In this document: piece by piece, positions 52,916 through 64,000 of the stretch
How positions within the stretch are numbered: the first letter of the stretch is position 1
How the letters are laid out: each line of letters opens with the position of its first letter
From: Endomicrobiales bacterium
Lineage (GTDB): Bacteria; Elusimicrobiota; Endomicrobiia; Endomicrobiales; JALOBY01
Length of the DNA: 64,000 nucleotides
Direction of reading: 5' to 3'
NCBI GenBank assembly: GCA_963796955.1
Contig: CAWCNJ010000008.1
Span: 1-64,000 of the forward strand
Made by a program: the position numbers and the translations under genes
Notes under the pieces: model-generated
Told to the model about the DNA's origin: nothing
Databases searched by the model: none
The model's input: only the letters and a program-made list of their open reading frames with translations

Positions 52916-53947
52916 ATGCTAATAAGTGTGTGCGTGCCAACTTACAATAACGCAAAATATATCGCAAAGACCTTACATTCGATATGCAACCAGAGTTATG
53001 GCAAAATAGAGATAATTATATGCGACAACGCATCGACAGATGAAACAGAGCGTATTGTTAAGTCAATAAAAGATAAAAGAATACATTATTATAGAAGCTT
53101 AGAGAATATTGGTGCTGCTGAAAACTTTAATAAATGTATTCAACTGTCCGGCGGGCAGCTAATATCAGTTTATCATTCTGACGACGTGTATGATCCTCGG
53201 ATCGTCGAAAAAGAGGCTGATCTGCTAATGAGCGATCCGTGCGCGGGTGCTGTCTTTGCCCTGGATACGCTTATAGACGAAAATGATAGAATACTTGGCA
53301 GCGGGGTTTCACTACCCAAACAATTTGCTGGTAAATCGCTATTTGGTTTCAATCAGCTTTATCCGGCGCTGTTGCAGGGAACATCTAATTTTCTGGTCTG
53401 TCCCACATTCATGGCCTGGAAAAAGGTATTCGAACCCTGCGGTATATTCAATAGCTCCGGCAAATATGGTGATTGGATCGGTGGGGCTGCTGATACAGAG
53501 CTGTGGCTAAGGATATGTGAGCAATTCAAGATCGGTATCGTCAATGAAAGGCTTATTTTCCGCCGCATTTCCAGCAAAAGCGGGTCTGGTCGTTATAACA
53601 CAACTTATACTACACGTTCGAATCACTTCATTGCTCTGGATTCGTTCTTGAATTCCAAAGCACTATTGGAACCGATTGATGAGAAGATATTGAAGCAATA
53701 TGAATTCAATAAGTTCTGGGACGATGTGAATATCGCTAATAATCTTATCTTAAGTAACATGAACAATCGACCAATTCTCCACCTGGCAAAAACACTCTCT
53801 TTTCAAAGACTAGTTACAGGCTTTAGAAGCGTTAAAAACATCGAAAAGCTAATATTCTATTTTGGATTGATGCTTGCATCGTGCATGTCGATGGGCGGTT
53901 CGGTTGCCCGTTTATTGCCAAAAATAAAGAGAGGGAATGAGATATGA
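52916..53947 (+). CDS. GT2 glycosyltransferase
   Basis: ISVCVPTYN, DNASTD, NIGAAENFN, HSDD, DTELWLR. Confidence 0.88.
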   Translation: MLISVCVPTYNNAKYIAKTLHSICNQSYGKIEIIICDNASTDETERIVKSIKDKRIHYYRSLENIGAAENFNKCIQLSGGQLISVYHSDDVYDPRIVEKEADLLMSDPCAGAVFALDTLIDENDRILGSGVSLPKQFAGKSLFGFNQLYPALLQGTSNFLVCPTFMAWKKVFEPCGIFNSSGKYGDWIGGAADTELWLRICEQFKIGIVNERLIFRRISSKSGSGRYNTTYTTRSNHFIALDSFLNSKALLEPIDEKILKQYEFNKFWDDVNIANNLILSNMNNRPILHLAKTLSFQRLVTGFRSVKNIEKLIFYFGLMLASCMSMGGSVARLLPKIKRGNEI

Positions 53948-54720
53948 CAATTAATTCGTCAAAACGAAAACAGATGTTCTCAGCGGTCGGGAAGTTCATT
54001 AACGCTGTTTGCGATCCGAGAACCTTAAAAACGATACCAAGCTATATCGGATATTTCAAAGATCTGGCCAGGTACAAAAAAATGAATAATGCAGAAAATA
54101 TAGAGTTTGTAAACATGTATCCGAGGCTTAGAGATAAAACTGAAACCTCGAATCCAACGGATTGGCATTATTTTTATCAAGGACAGTGGGCATTTAAGCT
54201 CATTAAAAATTCCGGAGCTGCACAACACGTCGATGTGGGATCAGCTATTGATTTTATCGGTTACTTAACAACTATAATCAAGGTTGTCTTTATAGATATA
54301 CGTCCTTTTGTCATAAAAATGGACAATATTGAGTCTAAGCCAGGTACGATCCTCAAAATGCCATTTGACGACAGTTCCATTAAGTCACTCTCAAGTCTGC
54401 ATGTGGTAGAACACATAGGTTTAGGGCGTTATGGAGATCCGTTGGATCCTGAAGGTTCTATAAAGGCCGCGAAGGAATTGTCCAGAGTTCTTTCCAAGGG
54501 TGGACATCTTTACTTTTCAATGCCAATCGGAAAACCTCGAGTTTGCTTCAATGCCCATCGTATACACACGCCGAAGCAGATAGTCTCCATGTTCCCACTG
54601 CTGCAATTAGTTGAATATTCGGCTGTGAGTGATAACGGTGAGTATTACGAGAATATAGGGCTTGAGAAGTTTTCTGACTCTGAATATTCATGCGGAATGT
54701 TCCATTTTACAAAACAGTAA
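53944..54720 (+). CDS. DUF268-like, probable SAM-dependent methyltransferase fold
   Basis: HVDVGS, DIRP, SLSSLHVVEHIGLGRYGDPLDP, FNAHRI. Confidence 0.7.
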   Translation: MTINSSKRKQMFSAVGKFINAVCDPRTLKTIPSYIGYFKDLARYKKMNNAENIEFVNMYPRLRDKTETSNPTDWHYFYQGQWAFKLIKNSGAAQHVDVGSAIDFIGYLTTIIKVVFIDIRPFVIKMDNIESKPGTILKMPFDDSSIKSLSSLHVVEHIGLGRYGDPLDPEGSIKAAKELSRVLSKGGHLYFSMPIGKPRVCFNAHRIHTPKQIVSMFPLLQLVEYSAVSDNGEYYENIGLEKFSDSEYSCGMFHFTKQ

Positions 54721-54760
54721 TTTTTGTTCCTAAATCGTAGCTGATATAAATACTTGTTGA

Positions 54761-55714
<954 letters not shown>

Positions 55715-55733
55715 GCCTGCCACTGAGATTAAA

Positions 55734-56840
55734 ATGAAAAGAATTCTCATTGTCGACCACTCATCGTTCGTGGGGGGGGCTGAAATATACGCGACGGAAA
55801 TAGCTCGACAAAATCTGTGCGGACAGTATGAGTATGTGTTTGCGGTTACTACACCTGATATTTTGGAAGGGACTGATCTGGACTATGAAATATTCCACAG
55901 CTCACAAATAAAAACACGCAACATCTTCAGGATTCTTGTTTCCGCTTTAAGCAGCATTAAACAATTGCTGGCTATTATTAAAAAAAGGCAGGTTCAAATA
56001 GTTCAGACAAATACTGTAAGGATGCATTTAATTGGCGTTATCGTAGCGATCGTATCACATAAACCACTTGTTTGGGTTATACATTCGTATGATTTTCCAA
56101 TAATGCTTTTTACGTTCCTGTCGTTCATACCTGTAAAAATTGTTTTCGTATCGGAAACTATTAAAACGTATTATGCTTCATTCATGCTAAGCAAGGATAA
56201 GGCTGTTGTAGTATTAAATGGTTTCGATTTCAAAAAAGATGCAACGGCCTCGGGGATACCGGTGGAACTGAACGAAACGTTCTCATGTCAAGGTGAAAAA
56301 GTAGGAATAATCGGGAGAATAGAACATCCAAAGGGTCAGGAATGTTTAATTAAAAGTTTCTCCGTTGTCATTAAATCTTTCCCGAGAGCTAAACTATATA
56401 TTGTTGGAGATATAGGGCCGGGATCTAAAAAGTACTATGAAGATCTAATCTCTTTAATTAAAACACTTAATCTTGAATCAAATGTTGAATTCCTCGGCTA
56501 TGTCGCAAATGTTGCCTATGTTATAGATAGACTCGACTTGATAGTACAATGCTCGGTAATTCCTGAATCATTCGGGAGAGTGATTTGTGAGTCAATGGCG
56601 CAAGGGAAAGCTGTTGTTGCAACCAGAATAGGCGGTTTTTGCGAGCTAATTGACGATAATGAAAATGGGGTGCTTGTGACCCCTGATAATTCGACAGAAT
56701 TGGCAAATGTGATAGTTGATTTGCTCTCGAACAGCGAAAAAATCAAAAGAATGGGCGAATCTGGTATGCGAAAAGTCACCCAAAAATATCAAATACAAAA
56801 TACAATATGTGCGTTTAATAACTTATATGAAAACATTTGA
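55734..56840 (+). CDS. GT4 glycosyltransferase
   Basis: GGAE, GRIEHPKG, ESFGRVICESMAQGKAVV (E-x7-E). Confidence 0.88.
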   Translation: MKRILIVDHSSFVGGAEIYATEIARQNLCGQYEYVFAVTTPDILEGTDLDYEIFHSSQIKTRNIFRILVSALSSIKQLLAIIKKRQVQIVQTNTVRMHLIGVIVAIVSHKPLVWVIHSYDFPIMLFTFLSFIPVKIVFVSETIKTYYASFMLSKDKAVVVLNGFDFKKDATASGIPVELNETFSCQGEKVGIIGRIEHPKGQECLIKSFSVVIKSFPRAKLYIVGDIGPGSKKYYEDLISLIKTLNLESNVEFLGYVANVAYVIDRLDLIVQCSVIPESFGRVICESMAQGKAVVATRIGGFCELIDDNENGVLVTPDNSTELANVIVDLLSNSEKIKRMGESGMRKVTQKYQIQNTICAFNNLYENI

Positions 56841-58323
56841 TCTTCTAGAAAGGCAGTTGAGATCATCCTGTACCGGTTTTTTATCCAATGGATATTTAAT
56901 ATTCATTATAATAACCGTTATGATACTGGCAATATTCTATCCTTCATACATAGCTGCGTTGTTGGTCGTTGTATTGTTTACATGTGTTCTTACATTAAAC
57001 ACGAAATGGAATTTCTTCTTGTTAATATTTGCTATGCCTTTGACGGTGGTAAGCTATTATATCGGGTTTACGTTTAAGCTCTGGATGTATATCTTATTCG
57101 TTATGTGCATGATTTGGATAAAGGGACTATTAACAGATAGGAAACGTATTCATTATAGTTTTTTGAACTATCTATTGGCAGCACTTTTGTTTGTCGATGT
57201 GTTTTCGATATTTAATGCGGTAAATTTCGCGAGAGCTGAGAAAATCTTAGTTCAATACGCGATGCTTATATTCTTAACCGTGTTTGTTATAAATAATGTA
57301 TGCACTGCTGATAAAATCAATCGCGTCATTAGATACCTGCTGATTTCCGGTGTGATACTTGCGCTTTATGGAGTGCTTCAGTGGTTAGCTCTTATGTACG
57401 GCTACGATTTAAAATTACCGATCGAGCGAATGAATATTTACAGCAGAGATGTGGCTGAAACGTTAAGGCCCGGAGCTGTCTATATCGGAAATATGTTAAT
57501 ACCCCGGGCAAGAGCCACTTTTACTGATCCGAATGTGTTCGGGGGATACATAAATTCATTCCTTCCGCTCATATTCAGCCTGCTTTTGTATAAACTGATT
57601 AAAGGCGGCAAAATAAAAATCTATCTTTTAGGATTGATCATCGCGTTCTTAGCGGTAATCAGCACTGTATCACGTACTGCAATTGGCGGTGCATGTGTTG
57701 GTTTATCAATTGTCGGTGCCTACTGGTTCTTAAAATTACCCATAAAGAGAGTCGCTTCGATATTCGTTGGCGTTATAGTCGTCTTGTCAACATTTCAACT
57801 AATCGCTCCATCTAGGATCACAAAATATATGGATTACAACATATTCATAGGCAGGATATCACAGACGTTCTCGAAAGGTGACGGCTCTACGGCATTGCAC
57901 AGAAAACTTGCGGAAAACGCTTTAATTATGTGGAATGATCATCCATTTATCGGAGTAGGTATCGGTAATTACGGAGCATATTTCGATCCTTCCGGTCCCG
58001 GCAATGGGTCCAGTCATTCTGCCGTGCTGAATTTCTTTGCTGAAACCGGTGCTATTGGCGGCCTAATAAACGTTAGTATAATATTATTCCTTATTTTATT
58101 ATTGTTAGTTAATATTAGAAAATTAAAAAAGTATTCATATTGGTATTCAATAAATGTTGGATTGCTTGCGTCTTATATAATAACAATACTCGGGAATGTA
58201 ACATATATCTATTACAATGAAGCCTTTATTTGGTTCCTTATGGGCCTTATTGTCGTTGTAGTAAGATATGGTAAAGATAATCCTGGTGGAGTGTTAGTCA
58301 CTCCTGCTGAGAGAAAGATCTAA
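56827..58323 (+). CDS. O-antigen polymerase/ligase family (Wzy_C) membrane protein
   Basis: Polytopic; RARATFTDPN, SRTA, HPFIGVGIGNY, HS..ETG; start set to ATG 56827. Confidence 0.8.
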   Translation: MKTFDLLERQLRSSCTGFLSNGYLIFIIITVMILAIFYPSYIAALLVVVLFTCVLTLNTKWNFFLLIFAMPLTVVSYYIGFTFKLWMYILFVMCMIWIKGLLTDRKRIHYSFLNYLLAALLFVDVFSIFNAVNFARAEKILVQYAMLIFLTVFVINNVCTADKINRVIRYLLISGVILALYGVLQWLALMYGYDLKLPIERMNIYSRDVAETLRPGAVYIGNMLIPRARATFTDPNVFGGYINSFLPLIFSLLLYKLIKGGKIKIYLLGLIIAFLAVISTVSRTAIGGACVGLSIVGAYWFLKLPIKRVASIFVGVIVVLSTFQLIAPSRITKYMDYNIFIGRISQTFSKGDGSTALHRKLAENALIMWNDHPFIGVGIGNYGAYFDPSGPGNGSSHSAVLNFFAETGAIGGLINVSIILFLILLLLVNIRKLKKYSYWYSINVGLLASYIITILGNVTYIYYNEAFIWFLMGLIVVVVRYGKDNPGGVLVTPAERKI

Positions 58324-59456
58324 TGCGTATAGCCATTGATTGTAGAATGCTTTTAGACAGACCAACCGGAATTGGGAAATATATTTCAAATCTAGTTTCC
58401 AGTTTATTAATCGTTGATAAAAAAAATACTTATATTATGCTTGTTAATAATAAAAAGATAATAGAACCCCTTCTCAAAGAATGTAATAATGTCTCTTTAA
58501 TTAGATTGCGCTCAAAACCCTTGTCGTTAATGGAACAATTCGAGATACCATTCTTTTGTCGAAACAGCAAAATCGATATATTTCACTCGCCCTCTTTTGT
58601 GATCCCTAGATTCATGAAAACAAAAGTCGTGGTCACAATACATGATCTTATACACGTTTTATTCAAAAGTGAATTTTCTTTCATTGTTCAATTATATTAC
58701 AAACTTATAGTGAGGCCGGCCATAAGGAATTCAAATATAGTTATAACGGACTCGAAGAGCTCGGAAAGTGATATTGTCGATTGGGCGAATATCGACGGAT
58801 CGAGGATCAGAGTGGTCTCTCTGGCTTGCGACAGTATCTTCAAAAAACATAGTGATAACAACGCTATGCAGGCAGTAAGGTCAAAATATGGTGTGGATGG
58901 TAAATATATTATGTACAACGGGAACAAGAAAGCGCATAAAAACGTTGAGGCTTTGATCGAGGCTTTTGCGATCTTGAAATCACGGTTGAAAGAACCATGC
59001 ACTTTGGTAGTTGTCGGCAAACGGGACAATAATACCACTGAAACGAATTGTGCGGGCATCGATTCGCTTATAGCTAAACGAAAGCTAAGCGATTCCGTAG
59101 TCTTTACAGGCCACGTATCAGAATATGACCTGGTGGGGCTCTATAACTCAGCGCAGTTGCTTGTTATGCCTTCCTTGTATGAGGGTTTTGGATTCCCTGT
59201 CCTTGAGGCTATGCAATGTGGTTGTCCCGTGGTTTGCTCAAATATATCTTCTTTACCAAATGTTTGTGATGATGCCGCGTTTTACATTGATCCTTACAGC
59301 ATCGAAAGTATAGCTGAAGGCCTGCATCGCGTTTTTACTGATGAAGACCTGCGCAGGGAATTAGCAGACAAAGGTCTTGAGAGAGCAAAAGCGTTTAGCT
59401 GGGACAAATGCGCGAACGAAACGTTGAATATATATAATGAGGTGTATTGTTTATGA
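58323..59456 (+). CDS. GT4 glycosyltransferase (mannosyltransferase-like)
   Basis: TGIGKY, TIHDL, HKN, PSLYEGFGFPVLEAMQCG, FSWDKCA. Confidence 0.9.
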   Translation: MRIAIDCRMLLDRPTGIGKYISNLVSSLLIVDKKNTYIMLVNNKKIIEPLLKECNNVSLIRLRSKPLSLMEQFEIPFFCRNSKIDIFHSPSFVIPRFMKTKVVVTIHDLIHVLFKSEFSFIVQLYYKLIVRPAIRNSNIVITDSKSSESDIVDWANIDGSRIRVVSLACDSIFKKHSDNNAMQAVRSKYGVDGKYIMYNGNKKAHKNVEALIEAFAILKSRLKEPCTLVVVGKRDNNTTETNCAGIDSLIAKRKLSDSVVFTGHVSEYDLVGLYNSAQLLVMPSLYEGFGFPVLEAMQCGCPVVCSNISSLPNVCDDAAFYIDPYSIESIAEGLHRVFTDEDLRRELADKGLERAKAFSWDKCANETLNIYNEVYCL

Positions 59457-60553
59457 AACTGGCCATAGTACATGACTTCCTTAATCAATATGGTGGTGCA
59501 GAGAGATGCGTTGAAGCTTTTCATGAGATCTTCCCGGAAGCACCGATATACACATCAATTTATTTACCTGAGAACTTGCCCGATAGCTTTAAGAGCATGG
59601 ATATAAGAGTGTCGTTCATGCAGAAGTTCCCGTTTCTGAAGAAACATTTCAAAAAGTATCTTATGTTTTATCCTGGAGCCATAGAATCATTCGATCTAAA
59701 AGAATACGACGTCATCTTAAGCAGTAGCAGCGCATTTGCTAAAGGTATTACAAAAGGCGCCCGGACCTGTCATATTTGTTATTGCTACACGCCCCCAAGG
59801 TTCATCTGGAATTTCAAAGGATACGTCGAGAAAGAGAAGTTTGGCGCTCTTGGTTCTCTGCTAATGCCTCCTATTCTTCGTATATTAAAAAAATGGGATT
59901 TAGCAGCTAACAACGGAGTGGATAATTTCGTTGCGATCTCAAAGGCAGTTGAAAAACGAATAACGAATATTTATTCCAGGGATAGTGATGTGATCTATCC
60001 ACCGGTAAACACAGCTGTTTTCAATGTGTCAGACAGATCGGAAGATTATTTTTTAGTCGCCTCCAGGCTTAATGCATATAAGCGCATTGATCTTGTCATT
60101 GACGCTTTCAATAAATTGAATTTACCTTTAAGAGTGATCGGCGACGGACCTTGCCGGAAAAAATTGCAGGAACAGGCGAATAAGAACATTACATTTATGG
60201 GCAGAGTGGATGAATCAACTCTGAAAGAAAATTATTCCCATTGCAGGGCGAATATTTTCCCGGGAGAGGAAGATTTTGGTATCGTGCCGTTAGAAGCACA
60301 GGCATCAGGAAGGCCTGTTATCGCATTAGCCGCGGGCGGCGCGTTAGAAACTGTAATAGACGGGACGACCGGCATTTTCTTTAATACTCAAACAGCTGAT
60401 TCGCTGATCGATGCCGTAAATAGATTTATAGCTATGGAAATCAGCTTTGACAGTGCGGTCATCAGAAAAAATGCCCTTAAGTTCGACAAAGAAGTTTTTA
60501 AGAGCGCAATTCAGATGTATGTTTCCAGAAAATACAGGAATATGACCGCTTAG
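59453..60553 (+). CDS. GT4 glycosyltransferase (WbaZ-like)
   Basis: MKLAIVHDFL..GGAER, CYCYTPPR, IYPPV, YKRID, EDFGIVPLEAQASG. Confidence 0.9.
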   Translation: MKLAIVHDFLNQYGGAERCVEAFHEIFPEAPIYTSIYLPENLPDSFKSMDIRVSFMQKFPFLKKHFKKYLMFYPGAIESFDLKEYDVILSSSSAFAKGITKGARTCHICYCYTPPRFIWNFKGYVEKEKFGALGSLLMPPILRILKKWDLAANNGVDNFVAISKAVEKRITNIYSRDSDVIYPPVNTAVFNVSDRSEDYFLVASRLNAYKRIDLVIDAFNKLNLPLRVIGDGPCRKKLQEQANKNITFMGRVDESTLKENYSHCRANIFPGEEDFGIVPLEAQASGRPVIALAAGGALETVIDGTTGIFFNTQTADSLIDAVNRFIAMEISFDSAVIRKNALKFDKEVFKSAIQMYVSRKYRNMTA

Positions 60554-60569
60554 ATAGAAGAGGGTTTTG

Positions 60570-61871
60570 ATGCAATACGCTTTATATACACTTATCTTGA
60601 TAATACCCTTCCAGGGATATTTTAATTTATACAACCATCTCTCTATCTCTATAGCACAGATAATGGCAATTTTGTTGTTCGTGATTTTGCTATTTCAGCA
60701 AGGTGTGAGGAAACTTATTTTTAATCAAGACATGGGCTTGAGTCTTGCTGTTTTTGTGTTTTGTGTAGCCATGTTGTTTAGTGTTTTTGTTGCCAATAAT
60801 AAAGTTATTGCCATTCAATTCTTTTTAAAATGGATAAGCTTCATATCTCTTTATTTCAGTACAATTTCTATAATTCAGCATTACCAAGATATCAGAAAAT
60901 GTATATTAGTATCTCTTGGTTCCGCCGGATTGATCAGTGTAATTGCTATATATGAATATTTCCAGGGCTTTGAAAAAGTTTTGACTTGGTTCGCAAACAA
61001 ACCGTTGGCTTACAGGATAATGGAACCCGACACGTTAAGAGAGAAAATAGCGCATAATGGAACTAATTGGACGATATCGTCAGGCAGAGGCTTCAACCTA
61101 AGAGCTTTTGGGACGTTTGAAGATGTAATTTCATATAGTGCTTATCTCGGTTTAATTTTGCCATTTGGCCTCCTGTCGTTCGTAGTCAAGCAGGGTAAAA
61201 AAATATTTATTCTGATGTGCGTCGTTCTTGTTTTGATCTCTCTGTTCCTTACATTCACTAGAAGTGCCTATTTAGCTTTTATTATAGCAATGATAGCAAC
61301 CGTTTTTTTGGTTAAGGATATTCTTTTTCATCGGAAATATCTGTTCGTTTTAATCTCGTTCGCGGCTATACTAATGGGGATCGTTGTTTCGAATAAACAA
61401 GTACATGATACATTGGTTTTTCGTTTCGATAAGCCTGTCGTCGAACAGTTTGACCGAAGAGTCTTGTGGGATTGCGCGTTGAAGATAATAAAAGCAAAGC
61501 CGGTGACGGGTGTGGGTTTATCAAATTATGATAGCGGTATAAAAAAATATTGCGCGGTTGATGCACCAGTTTTACCTGCTCATAATCAGTACCTTCAAAT
61601 CGCTGCTGAGTCCGGAATAATCGGGCTGATTTCGTACATGTTCATTCTTTTAGTCGCTTTCAGATATTCCATATATATTTATGTTCATTCAAGAGATCCG
61701 GAATTTAAATTGATCGGAGTTTCGTTTGTCGTCTTGTGTTCTTGGTATTGCGTACAAAGTTTGTTTACTAATTATTTATTTGGGGATAAGTTTTCTATGA
61801 TGTTCTGGATCATGATAGGTCTTATTGGCAGTTCATACAGAGTTTGCAGAAATATGGCTAATGTTATATAA
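60570..61871 (+). CDS. O-antigen ligase family (WaaL/Wzy_C) membrane protein
   Basis: RAFGTF, TFTRSAY, R..W, PVTGVG, AHNQYLQIAAESGIIG. Confidence 0.82.
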   Translation: MQYALYTLILIIPFQGYFNLYNHLSISIAQIMAILLFVILLFQQGVRKLIFNQDMGLSLAVFVFCVAMLFSVFVANNKVIAIQFFLKWISFISLYFSTISIIQHYQDIRKCILVSLGSAGLISVIAIYEYFQGFEKVLTWFANKPLAYRIMEPDTLREKIAHNGTNWTISSGRGFNLRAFGTFEDVISYSAYLGLILPFGLLSFVVKQGKKIFILMCVVLVLISLFLTFTRSAYLAFIIAMIATVFLVKDILFHRKYLFVLISFAAILMGIVVSNKQVHDTLVFRFDKPVVEQFDRRVLWDCALKIIKAKPVTGVGLSNYDSGIKKYCAVDAPVLPAHNQYLQIAAESGIIGLISYMFILLVAFRYSIYIYVHSRDPEFKLIGVSFVVLCSWYCVQSLFTNYLFGDKFSMMFWIMIGLIGSSYRVCRNMANVI

Positions 61872-61902
61872 TCTAACAATTGTTCATAAGGGTAGGATTA
61901 TA

Positions 61903-63286
<1,384 letters not shown>

Positions 63287-63291
63287 CGACC

Positions 63292-64000
63292 ATGAAAGCT
63301 CTCATTCTAATAGGCGGGCTAGGGACTCGCCTTCGGCCGTTAACCTGTTCAACCCCTAAACCGTTGTTGCCGATCGTCAATAAACCGTTTCTTGAGTATC
63401 AGATAGACCTACTGAAGAAGCACGGGATAAGTGATATCATCCTGTGCATATCCTATCTTTCTCATACATTCGAAAATTACTTCGGTGATGGTAAAAAATG
63501 GGGCGTGAAGATACAGTATGTTCATGAGAAAGATCCTCTCGGGACTGGTGGGGCAATACGCAATGCGATCCATATGGTAGAGGATCAATTGCTGGTTTTG
63601 AATGGTGACATTCTTACCGATATTGATGTAACGCAATTTATAAATTGTCACAAAAAGAACAAAGCCTCTGTTACTATCGCCCTGGCGCGTGTAAAGGATC
63701 CGACAGCGTACGGCCTTGTTATGGTTGATAAGACGGGACGGATAGAGAATTTCCTGGAAAAACCATCCTGGGACGAAGTTACCTGTAACACAATAAACGC
63801 AGGGATCTATGTATTGTCAAAAGATGCTATAAACCAGATACCGGAAGGCATCAATTATTCTGTTGAGCGCGGGTTGTTCCCTACGCTGCTCGCGAAAAGA
63901 AAACGGGTATACGGGTTTTCAAAACCAAGCTATTGGATGGATATAGGTGCGATCGATAAATACCTGCAGGCTCATACAGATGTGATGACGCATCAGATCA
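63292..64000 (+). CDS. Nucleotidyltransferase (mannose-1-phosphate guanylyltransferase-like), 3' truncated
   Basis: My translation: MKALILIGGLGTRLRPLTCSTPKPLLPIVNKPF..PLGTGGAI..NGD..FLEKP..INAGIY..YWMDIG; the frame runs off the window end. Confidence 0.85.
   Translation, partial: MKALILIGGLGTRLRPLTCSTPKPLLPIVNKPFLEYQIDLLKKHGISDIILCISYLSHTFENYFGDGKKWGVKIQYVHEKDPLGTGGAIRNAIHMVEDQLLVLNGDILTDIDVTQFINCHKKNKASVTIALARVKDPTAYGLVMVDKTGRIENFLEKPSWDEVTCNTINAGIYVLSKDAINQIPEGINYSVERGLFPTLLAKRKRVYGFSKPSYWMDIGAIDKYLQAHTDVMTHQI

Overview
A 64 kb bacterial chromosomal segment in which every credible gene lies on the + strand. The host is a diderm (LptD, KdsD), tentatively Elusimicrobiota-like (inference only). 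1-25.8 kb is a GC-richer, tightly coupled housekeeping run: trxB (3' end), polA, coaE, rho, rpmE, prfA, prmC, murA, hisD-orf-hisBHAFI, trpEGDCF-kdsD-trpBA, accD, folC, a ROK kinase and lptD. Five of these genes (trxB, murA, hisD, hisI, trpG) carry single-base frameshifts that look like sequencing errors. 25.9-64 kb is a large, increasingly AT-rich surface-polysaccharide locus: wzz-like, rmlABD/C, ugd, uxs, CDP-3,6-dideoxyhexose genes, GDP-fucose genes, wzx, two O-antigen ligase/polymerase-family genes and many glycosyltransferases. Most notable: (1) a ThDP carboligase plus a DmpF/DmpG-type dehydrogenase/aldolase pair and two SDRs among CDP-3,6-dideoxysugar genes, predicting a C4-branched higher-carbon (erwiniose-like) sugar, next to a GtrB-like and a GT-C-like gene; (2) an inserted module of two signal-peptide-bearing phage-tail-fibre-like paralogues flanking an Fn3 protein with a T9SS/FlgD-like C-terminal domain; (3) a ~200-nt rod-like hairpin filling the rmlD-ugd intergenic region; (4) five GATC sites at exact 9-bp spacing between hisF and hisI. 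No tRNA, rRNA, CRISPR array, integrase or transposase was recognised.
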